A stretch of DNA of 63,560 nt, filler included, from Octopus bimaculoides (lineage: Eukaryota), in assembly GCF_001194135.2 (NCBI RefSeq). It is 5 parts of 5 records of this genome, joined end to end, with 100 filler letters (N's around TTAATTAATTAA, not from the genome) between each part and the next. Parts side by side here need not be neighbours in the genome. Positions count along the whole stretch, not along the records: positions 1 to 27,507 come from NC_068986.1; 4 more parts are not named here. One strand, written 5' to 3'. The notes beneath the pieces are model-generated. The model made no database searches, had not been told where the DNA came from, and saw only the letters and a program-made list of their open reading frames with translations. The position numbers were made by a program, and so were the translations under genes. Of this stretch, positions 13,164-23,129 are shown piece by piece; position 1 is the first letter of the stretch; the number at the start of each line of letters is the position of its first letter.

Positions 13164-13391
13164 AATGCTTCCCATTATTTTGAAAAAAAGATGCATAAAA
13201 ATATTTCAAAGCCATCACGCATTAAACTATTTATGAGAACATTCTTATTCTGGTTGGTTGTTATTCTGCCTATGGAGTTGAAGTGAAATCTATTTTAAAG
13301 GCAAAATAAGACAAACATATCTTGCCCTTAATCTTTTAGCATTCAGATTATTATCAAATATAAAGCGTGTTTATTTACATTAATCAGGCAT
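13164..13391. repeat. Copy 1 of a ~228 bp local direct duplication (copy 2 at 14484-14712)
   Basis: Manual alignment; about 145 bp (13194-13338) are identical. Confidence 0.95.
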
Positions 13392-13625
13392 TAATCTTGC
13401 AGTTTCAAGATTTCAATGATATGATTGTCTATTTTTGAAATGACATTGTAGTGTAGGTGTGAGGGGCCACATATGGCCAGTTGAAATATTAAAAGGTTAA
13501 AACAGAGTTTGAACTTATGACTTTGTTGTAAACATTCCAGTACTTGTACTTGAGCATTTCAGTTATTTTAGTTTTCTTTTGTTAAAATTTAAATAATATT
13601 TGAAAGCCAACTTTCATGCACTTAC

Positions 13626-13715
13626 ATTCATATTGGCAACAAAACCTTTCTTGATTCTCCAACTGCGAGGAGTAACCTTCTCCAGATATTTGAGTTCTTC
13701 ATTGTAGGTTCTCAT
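13626..13715 (-). CDS. RTCB: RTCB coding exon 1 ([30 protein letters not shown]); the exon begins at 13734 with 19 nt of presumed 5'UTR
   Basis: Matches the RTCB N-terminus (human [31 protein letters not shown]). ATG at 13715 in ACAACCATG context, GTAAG donor at 13625, tacag acceptor ending at 13735; 90 nt, phase 0. Confidence 0.96.
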
Positions 13716-14406
13716 GGTTGTAAGTAACGAGAAACTGTACATAGAGAAAACAAACATGTCCATAAAATTAGTGAAAGTTTTTGGCTTGTAAAAATTTAGC
13801 AACATTAATAAATGACAAATTGTAATGAATGACAAAATATGGTGTGACCATGAGAGTTGTATATCATTATAGGATAAACTTTCTATCATAGACAATTTCA
13901 GAGTATGGAAAATACAAAAAATAAATATATAAAGCTAATAACCTGATCAGTAAGCCTAATACCATGTTCAGTTCAATCCAGCAGGTATCAAAAAAGAATT
14001 AATCAAAGAAGGAGACTTGATAAATCTGTTAGAATTATCAACCAAATCTCCCTCAGTCGACCCCTAACATCTTAAAAAAGGAAGAATATAGGATAATATA
14101 CTCTTAGATATATGACCGCAACAAAATGAACTGGTCAGGACTGGAACATCTTTCATCATAGGTCTGTTCAATCGAAACTGATCAGTGCTAAAACAAAGTA
14201 ACTGTCAAATTGAGATACATTATCTTTAAAGATTATGACTTAGAGAATAAGGGAGAACTGTGTAAGAAGTGTGTGAGTTCAAGTCCAGTTAGTGGACATG
14301 TACACAAACATGGTAACTTTATCACCTTATGATAGAAAAGATCACATCATTTGAAAAAACATTACTCATGGATGACAGCAGCATGAAAAATAGTAAAATT
14401 AAATTT

Positions 14407-14995
14407 GTATTATTATCATTGCCTTTGCACAGCTTCTAACGCTGGAATGTACTACGGTGTCAGCTGTTCACTACCAGTGAACTAATGCTTCCCATTGTTT
14501 AGAAAAAAAAGACACATAAAAATATTTCAAAGCCATCACGCATTAAACTATTTATGAGAACATTCTTATTCTGGTTGGTTGTTATTCTGCCTATGGAGTT
14601 GAAGTGAAATCTATTTTAAAGGCAAAATAAGACAAACATATCTTGCCCTTAATCTTTTAACATTCAGAGTATTATCAAATATAATGCGTATTTATTTACA
14701 TTAATCAGGCATCAGTTTTTCAAGTACCTCCGGAGTATTCAAGCGGTTCCAAGCAGTGCTGTTTTCTGCAAGTGCTCCACCCTTATTGCAATCCCTATTT
14801 GTTCCATGTATTTCTCAAGATTTTTACTTACTGTTCCCAGGGCTCTGACAAGTATTGGTATTACTACCACCTTTTTCATCAAACACAACTGCTTAAACCT
14901 CCCAAGCTAACCTGTCATATCTATCGACTTTTCTTTCTTCCTTATCGCATACCTTGTTGTCAGCTGGGCATGCTATATCTGTGATCTGGCACAGT
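14407..14995 (-). mobile_element. 3' end of a restriction-like-endonuclease LINE (R4/Dong-type), interrupted by the 14484-14712 duplication
   Basis: With one frameshift and one CGA>TGA stop it translates to CQITDIACPADNKVCDKEERKVDRYDRLAWEV.KQLCLMKKVVVIPILVRALGTVSKNLEKYMEQIGIAIRVEHLQKTALLGTA*ILRRYL, typical of the RLE C-terminus; short TAA-like tail near 14407. Confidence 0.8.
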
Positions 14996-15484
14996 TTTTA
15001 TTATTATTTTTTAAGACTTTGTGTATTAAAATATATTAACTGGGAATATTTGTGCATTTATGGAAACAACAGTAGTTAATGACTGATATTGTTTTTATTT
15101 TTTACAGCAATTATGGGAAACAATTCTAAACAAGTTTTGGTTTCATTTTAACACCACCAGTGAAACATAGCCATCGACTTACTGCTGCAGTAGTAATGGG
15201 AGAATTACTGTGTACAGTCATGTATATTAGTTGAGCCTGGGATGGTGTGATGTCTTCTTGACTTGCATTGATATGGATTTAAGGAAGGTTGACCATCATC
15301 TTCTGCCTCACTCTCTTGTCCCTTCCTGATTCCAGTGGCAGAACAAAGTCAAGATGACTAGAGATATTATTATTATTATTAGCTGAGCAGGAAATAGCCT
15401 TAAAAGAATAAATAATTCAGAGATACCTCTCTATGAAAAACAATACAGAGCATCACTATTAAGGCAAGTATGTTAAAGAATATG

Positions 15485-15523
15485 TTTCACTGATGGAGTG
15501 ATAAGTTCAAAACATGTCTGCAG
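15485..15523 (+). ncRNA. Degenerate minimal type-I hammerhead-like motif
   Basis: TTTCA-CTGATGG-AGTGATAAGTTC-AAAA-CATG-TC-TGCAG; palindromic stem III (ACATGT) and GUC site, but core positions are mutated. Confidence 0.35.
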
Positions 15524-16059
15524 CATTCTGCCATACTTGTTGAATAATAAATGATTATTTCTGATTTAGGTACAAGGCAAGTAGATTTGAGGGGAGGGAA
15601 TTAGATGATACTCTCAATCCTAATACTTGACTGGTGCTTTATTTTATGGAAAGCAAAGTTGATCTCAGGGGATCTGAACTCAGAACAAATGAGATATTTT
15701 TCTGATACTCTAACAATTCTGCCAGATCACCACCTTAAATAATAATACTATTAGCCATCATATTCTGTTTACCAGTATTTCATAAATTATATATGTTAAC
15801 ACTAATTAAACAGCTGAAACAATGTACTACAAAATAGATAAGATGAGATTAACTGTAAATTTCAAATTTTGCAGTTCAATACCCAGCAGCAATGGTTGCT
15901 TAATAGACCACCACTAGTGAGATGGTGAGAAACATCATCTTTTATTTTTTTTCAGACCTTTCTAAATTTATTATTATTTTCAAAATCAGTGTAACAATAT
16001 ATTCTTGTTAGAAATGTGACTAAGAAAAAGCTAACATATGAATGTCTTAATAATAATTT

Positions 16060-16270
16060 CAAATTTTGGCACAATGCCAGCAAGTTCAGGGAAGGGGGCA
16101 AGTCGATTACATTGACCCCAGTACTCAGCTGGTACTGTTTTTATAGCCCCCCCCCCCCGAAAGATAAAAGGCAAAGTCAATCTCAGCGGAATTTAAACTC
16201 AGAATGTAAGGATGAACAAAATATTACTAAGTAAGTTTGCCAGGTGTGCTAATGTCTCTGCCAGATTGTC
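16060..16270 (-). mobile_element. tRNA-derived SINE family B copy
   Basis: Reverse complement of gctggcaga...ctgagttcaaattccgc...gactttgccttt...aagtaccag...ggggtc. Confidence 0.75.
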
Positions 16271-16304
16271 TCCTAGAATGTTTTAATATTGGGGTTTTTA
16301 AAGG

Positions 16305-16535
16305 CAGCGAGCTGGCAGAATCGTCAGCATGCTGGGCGAAATGCTTAGCGGTATTTCATCTGCCATTATGTTCTGAGTTCAAATTTCACCAATGTCAACT
16401 TTGCTTTCATCCTTTTGGAGTCAATTAAATAAGTACCAGTTATGCACTGGGGTCGATATAATCGACTTAATCCCTTTGTCTGTTTCTGTTTGTCCCTTCT
16501 ATGTTTAGCCCCTTGTGGTCAATAAAGAAATAAAT
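16305..16535 (+). mobile_element. tRNA-derived SINE family B copy (central domain resembles the MetaSINE-type core)
   Basis: A box gctggcagaatcg, B box gagttcaaatt, core tcaactttgctttcatccttttggagtc...aagtaccagtt...ctggggtcga, A-rich tail. Confidence 0.8.
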
Positions 16536-17989
16536 ATTAAGGTTTTTTTTCTTTTGCCAATTTCTCTATTTATTGAAGTTCAAGAATGGAGGGAAGATCT
16601 TTCCACAACAAAGACATAACATCTTGTAGGACTGTTACAATAAAATGGAAACATTGATAATGAGGAATACCAAGAAAAATAAAAAGGAACATGGAAGAGT
16701 AGAAGACAAAATTATTTTCAGTGCCTAGCCAAGAAACTGATTTCTAATATTGGCACTAAGTTACTGATTGATTATATTCATCCGAGTCCTTAGTCAGAAC
16801 TTTTACAATGGAATAAAGTTAGAAGGAAAACAATATCATCATCATCATTTTAACATCCTCTTTTCCATGCTTGTTTATTAAAGCAGATCTTCCATATTTG
16901 GATGTCCTTTCTGTCAGCAACCCCCATCTGTTTTCAAGCAAGGTAGTATTTGTCTATAGCCAACATGTTCTCACAGAATATTGGAAATGAATGATAATGC
17001 TTATATGAGAGTGACTATCAGGTAAAGTTATTAAAGGGAGACAAACACACATGTGCATGTGTGTGTGTGTATCTCTAATACATTAGAAGTCATCTTGAAT
17101 GTTGCTTGCTTGCAATGTTATCCAGCATAATGGGAAAATACTATGAATTAAGTTGCCCCTGAAATGTTAATATAAAAGGAATAAAACAAGTTTCACATAA
17201 ATCACACAAATGGTTTTTGAGGTATTAGGGGTTTTCGGGGTATAAATACCCAAAATGGTGCATAATGGGAAAATATTCCAATAATAACTTAATCCTGAAT
17301 AGGAAGAAACTCTTACCTTTTGATTAGACACAGTGACTTGACAAGGAAAATATTTGATTTGCTTTTTTACAGTAAATGTTTCTACACGATATTTTAATCA
17401 TTTAGAAATATTTTTAAGTGAATGTGATTTCAAAAATGTAAGTTGTTTGTACAATAAGTATTTATATTTCAGCTTTCTTTAAACAGACAATATTTTAATG
17501 TTTCTTTAAATTATTTTTTTTTGTGTGCATTCAACGTATCTCACCTCCAAAGATTTGGCTGCTATTTCTAGCACGCCCTGCTACCACGTAACAGCTATTT
17601 GTGATAAAGGACCCCAAATAGCTATTACATGGTAGCAGGGTATGCAAGAAATAACAGCCAAATCTTTCCTTTTCTGGGTAAAGGAGCCGTTTATGCGTGA
17701 TTCTGATGTCATATTTGTTGAAAGCATGTGAAACAACCCATTAGTGGGAAACTCAGAGGTCCCTACAACCCTTCCCCACTTTCTTTTCTGGAAGAAAGTG
17801 GCTTGTGGTGGGTTTGGAAGTGAGATACATTGAATGCACTTGAAAAAAAACAGTGGGAAAAGTTATTTCACACCAAAGTATGAATAGGTTCTTTACGAAA
17901 TATTTACCTAAGATCGGAACAGACATGCAAATAGAAGGGTCAATGAGACTGATAAAGCAAGGGCAGAGTATCTGGCAGAACAGAAAGAA

Positions 17990-18366
17990 AGAGACAGAAG
18001 CAGGAGAGATCAGGAATTGGACACTTGGATAGCTGAATGTCTGGCGAAACAGAGGGAAAGAGACAAAAGCAGGAAATGTCACAAATCGGATGCTCATGTG
18101 AATACAAATGGAATAAAACAAATTTTGTGTAAATCAGACCATAAGTTACTGAGCTATGTGGTTTTTTCGGGTACCTTTATAAATAACCAAACTGGCGCAT
18201 AATAGGAAAAATGCTTTGAAAGTAAGGTACCATTGAAATGTGAATACACATGGAATAACAGAAGTTTCGCGTAAATTGGAACATGGATTCCTGAGAGATG
18301 CAGTTTTTTCAGATACCATGAACTATTAGTGACCCAATGGGTCGCGGGTAGGGTAGTCTAGTCTAG
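17990..18366 (+). mobile_element. Probable Helitron-like non-autonomous element, 3' terminal part; related fragment at ~17170-17280
   Basis: GACCC-AAT-GGGTC hairpin (18331-18343) followed ~14 nt later by CTAG|T; internal repeat tgtgaataca.atggaata. Confidence 0.5.
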
Positions 18367-18370
18367 TGTA

Positions 18371-18432
<62 letters not shown>

Positions 18433-18589
18433 TATATATATATATATGATGGGTTTCTTTCAGTTTCTGCTCACAAGGTTTCTATTGGCTTGGGGCTATA
18501 GAAGACACTTGTGCAAGATGCCACACTACACAGCTACTCATACACATGATATTACAGATACATATATATTATATATATATATATATAGT

Positions 18590-18848
18590 ATTTATTTATT
18601 TATTTATTTATGTGTTTCAGCCAAGTGGCTGCGGTCATGCTGGTGCACCACCGTGATTTTCACGTTCCTTGCATGGCTCTTCTCCCCCACCTGACATGGT
18701 CCAATCAAGAGTTTTGATGGCACATCTGGTGTATAAGAGAATTTGACATAGCTGCCCTAAACTGCGTCTCATTACGAGCCATTGGTTCGTCTGGTATCGT
18801 GGAGAGGAAAGCGTCAAGTTTTGTCTTGAAGACCTCCGCATCCATGTA
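18590..18848 (-). mobile_element. 5'-truncated CR1-group LINE 3' end with (TAAA)n tail
   Basis: Translates to MDAEVFKTKLDAFLSTIPDEPMARNETQFRAAMSNSLIHQMCHQNS*, the FK..LD.FL..IPD.P...RAA.SNSL pattern of invertebrate CR1-group ORF2 ends; the clade assignment is tentative. Confidence 0.7.
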
Positions 18849-19079
18849 TTGTTGATCAGTCACAGGTCATCTCTGATAAAAGACCTGTGATCAAAGGAAC
18901 TTCAGCTATGATTATTCTATCCGTTTACATACATTGTTTACATTATCTCATGTGTACTTCATTTCTTAAGGCAGTATTATTTGGGGAAGATTTGGTTGCT
19001 ATTTTTAAATAAGTTGAGCAATCATGTAGAGGCAACCGTAATAGCTAATTCTTAAATCAGAAAAGAGTGGTATATCATA

Positions 19080-19720
19080 ATTCTGGCATGGTCTGTTTTA
19101 TAATCTATGATATGCCATCCAATCAACTAAAAATCCAAATAGATAAACAATTTATTCCTATATTTTTTGAACAACTGAAATGATACTTGAATTACTTCTT
19201 TATTCTGTGAATACACAAGCTTAATCAATAAGTTCAAAACTTTAACAGTATAAATATTAGTATTCAATTTGCAATGGAATACAGTAAAAAACAGATTTAA
19301 TATTTGAAGTTGGCAAGAAGAGTTTGTAAAATTGCATCTGTTTTAGAAATACAGATAAATAACTTAAAAAGTTTAAGAAAATATTTGGAAAGACAGTACC
19401 CAGCAACATTAGTTAATACTGAAACAGAGTGTGCCAAAGTGATAGATATTCAGCAATTGCGAAGGACTGAAGATATGTCACCTACTTTCAATCATCTACA
19501 TAACATATAAGCCCCAAAATACGGAAGCATATGTCATTCATTAGTATACACCATTATTGAGGAAAGACCTGAAGATGAAAAAGACACTTGGAATATAATA
19601 AAAATAATTAAAACAATCAAAATTCTTAAAGATTTCACTAACTTGTACCAAATTACCAACTGAAAATACAATTCTAATAGTCAAGAAATGTGGATGCCAT
19701 AATTGTAGGATCTATATCAA
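19080..19720 (+). mobile_element. Decayed Penelope-like element ORF (region between RT and GIY-YIG)
   Basis: KLARRVCKIAS...LKSLRKYLERQYPATLV...AKVIDIQQLRR matches the PLE LARRIC...L..R.YP..LI pattern; many stops and frameshifts. Confidence 0.65.
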
Positions 19721-20142
19721 TATTAACCCTTTTGATATCAACCCAGCTGAGAGCATCCTTGATTCTATGACATAAAGTTCCTGCTTTAAAATGATTTAAA
19801 TTAAAACCTTCCATCAAAATTTATGTTAATTCCTGTTTCAAATACTAGCTTTATAATGATAAAGTAATTTTAGTAAATTCTTCATTGTTTTCAACATAAA
19901 TTGAAGTAAAGGTAGAATATTTCAACAGAAGTATGGTGATTAATAGTGTTAGGAATTTTTACCATAAGGAATAACTTGTGCATCAGGAAATTTATGTTTT
20001 GAAATGTAATGAAGATTACTTAGGACAAACAAGATAAATTTTTAGAAAACTGTTTATCAACAAATCCAAAATCTCAGGACACAAAAGAAACTCATTAGTG
20101 AACATTTGAATTTATACGCATTAAATAAATTCCCTAAATATT

Positions 20143-20265
20143 GGTTTCAAATTTTGGCACAAGGCCAGGATTAAATTGATTCTGGTGGAATTTAAACTCA
20201 GAATGTAAAGACAGATGAAATACTGCTAAGCATTTTATTCTAATGATTCTGCCAGCTTACTGCCT
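20143..20265 (-). mobile_element. SINE family B copy, internally deleted, with a 17-bp target-site duplication
   Basis: TAAATTCCCTAAATATT at 20126-20142 and 20266-20282; head aaggcagtaagctggcagaatc on the minus strand. Confidence 0.8.
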
Positions 20266-20283
20266 TAAATTCCCTAAATATTA

Positions 20284-20735
20284 AATTGAAATCGAACTAA
20301 ATTTGACAACGTCATCTCCTTCATTGGACACTAACTCGACTTGCAAAGACCTGTTGGGGCAAGCGAAAGCGAAATCGTGATGGCGCCTGTGCCCAGCGTC
20401 GCCTTCCTGGCACTTGTGCCGGTGGCACATGTAAAGACATTCAAGCGAGATCATTGCCAGTGCCACTGGACTGGCGCCTGTGCAGGTGGCACGTAAAATA
20501 CACCATTTTGAGCATGGCCGTTGCCAGTACCGCCTGACTGGCCTTCGTGCCGGTGGCACGTAAAAGCACCCACTACACTCTCAGAGTGGTTGGCGTTAGG
20601 AATGGCATCCAGCTGTAGAACTCTGCCAAATCAGATTGGAGCCTGGTGTAGCCATCTGGTTCACCAGTCCTCAGTCAAATCGTCCAACCCATGCTAGCAT
20701 GGAAAGCAGATGTTAAATGATGATGATGATGATGA
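20284..20735 (+). mobile_element. RTE LINE 3'UTR copy, relatively young (retains CpG)
   Basis: Highly similar to 10135-10697; (GAT)n tail. Confidence 0.88.
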
Positions 20736-21574
20736 TTAAACTTTCTCATTGTACCTCGTGGATGAAACCTTTGCACCACTCAGGCGACAACCCACCAATC
20801 CATAGATCTGTTTGAGTAGTCATTGCTGGTGAGGGTTTTATGAGGTCAGAGTGCAAATCCTACCTCAACATCTTTTAGCTGCCTTTTAAGAAATGCAGAG
20901 GAAACATTGGGTTCATTCTTAGACATGCTAGTCCCCACACAGAACTAGAGCAATGTGAAATGAAGAGTCTTGCTCAAGAAAACAACATACTGCCTAGTCT
21001 GGGAATTGAACCCATAACCTGGTAACCATGAGTACAACACCCTCACCACTAGGTCATGTGCCTTCACAATCTTTGTCAAAATTCATTGATGAATATTGCT
21101 TCCTACATAGCTTCATCAATAAACATCAAACCATTTTTTTCAAATTTGATTTAAGATGTTATTTTTGTAGTGTTTTAGATGAAATTTTACATGCTTGATG
21201 TGTACACTTTAACAAATTTTTATTGATTTCTTTTAGAATATAATATTGAGGTGCAGAAATCCTTAATTTCAAACATGAAAAAAGAAGAAATGTATTTACT
21301 TTTTTTTGCATTAATTCAAGCTTGGACATAATACTTCCCAAACAGCTGCCAATATCAAGAGCATGGGGTGAGGGATGTGATCAGACAGTACACTAGTCGT
21401 TTGAGAGATTCCATGGTGGAGATGAGAGCCTTGAAGGTCAAGGAAGTAGAGAATGTCCATCCACCCTTGATGATTAGCATTTGAAAACAACAGTTAACAA
21501 AATCCATGACAAAGTGTCAGAGAAATGTTTCATATGCTTGGTATCTGTAAGAAACTGGAAGAAATGAGACCTGC

Positions 21575-21885
21575 ACTTGTTAATCAATGAGGTCCAATTC
21601 TGCTCCACAACAATGCTTGACTGCACATTTCCAGGGTGGCACTGCAGAAGCTCACAGACTTGGAATACAAGACTTTACCACATCCTCCATATTCCCCTTT
21701 TCACTCACTGACTACCACTCTTACAAGCATCTAGACACATTTTTAAGGCAAAAACTTTGTTCCAAAACTGAGGTCGAAACTGAATTCAAGGATTTCTTGG
21801 CATCAAAACCTTTGGATTTATAAATGATCTTGTTAATCAATGAGAGAAATGCATAGCGATTCAGGGATCATATTTTGAATAATTA
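21575..21885 (+). mobile_element. Mariner transposase C-terminal remnant
   Basis: PILLHNNA..H...LQKLTDLEYKTLPHPPYSP..LTDYH.YKHLDTFLRQK...EVETEFKDFLASKP, i.e. HDNA and YSPDL motif remnants. Confidence 0.85.
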
Positions 21886-23129
21886 AATCTTTGTATAAAT
21901 TCAGTTTTTCAAAAATATAAACTTATATTAAACAAAGACATTTGAAGGCCTAGATATACAGAGTGAAAAAATACAGCCGGTTGGTCATGAATGCTCTTTA
22001 CTCACAAGCCTACCTTTAAGTTTAAAAAAAAAATTTATTATAACAGCTCCAGTACTTCTTTTAGTGACCTTAGGGGGAAGGAAGGCCAAGTTGATCAGAG
22101 TGCGAAGGGATAAAACCAATTACCACAAGGTAGTACTGTCCACCATTTCATTGATTTTGCCACCATTCTCCTCTGACACACACACACAACTAGATTCTGC
22201 ATAGCTTCTATCTACCAACTTCTATTTTTAAAGATATAGCAAGACACTTGCCCTGGGTGCCATGCAATGAAATTGAAACTGGAACCACATGAATGCAAAG
22301 TGAACTTTAAAAATAGGATAGAACTAGAATGTATTTATAAGCATTTCTTTATTGATGTACACAACATATTTATTTCTTTTTATCTATTTCTCCATAAGAT
22401 AGCTTTTTATAATTTAGCACATTGGTATATTTTAAGGAAAATTAGTTTTTTTACAGGTACTTCTCATAACTGTGAATTACAACTGAGGCTTTTTGTCATC
22501 TTGACAAACTGTATCAAAAGGAAATATCTATTATTCATGAGAAATCCTGGCAAAATGTTGCACATGAAGTTATCTTGATTACCCACAGACGATACTCTTC
22601 AATACAATACAAAAAGATTTTTCTTCCCACATACAACCATATCATCTGCTACCAGTCTTGAACATTTGTAAATTTGAAAACCAAATCTAATTTGTCAAAC
22701 CTAAAACACAAGCATGGCACACCTCATAACTGGCAGGATGGAGAACTACACAGGTATTTACAAACAAATCTATTCAAATCACCTATATCTATACCAGTAT
22801 CTGCCTGACAACAATTCATTACTTTGTGTTGGCCTTATGTAACACCTAGGAGTCATCTTAGTGTTTATACATTTCCTTCTTTATTTGTGTATTGTTTGAA
22901 TGCTTTAGGTGGTTTGTTGTATGTATGTTTATATAAAGTGCAGATTTACCCACTACTAGAATACATGATATACACTGGGGCACATCTTCGACCATGTTAA
23001 ATTAAAAAGCTAACAAACTAAATGGTCTGTTAATACACATCTTTAAGTAACTATTATTTCATATGAAGTTTCTAATATCTTTCGTCTCTTTTGTTGTCGG
23101 TGATAAGTGTGAGCAGATGCATAATGGTA

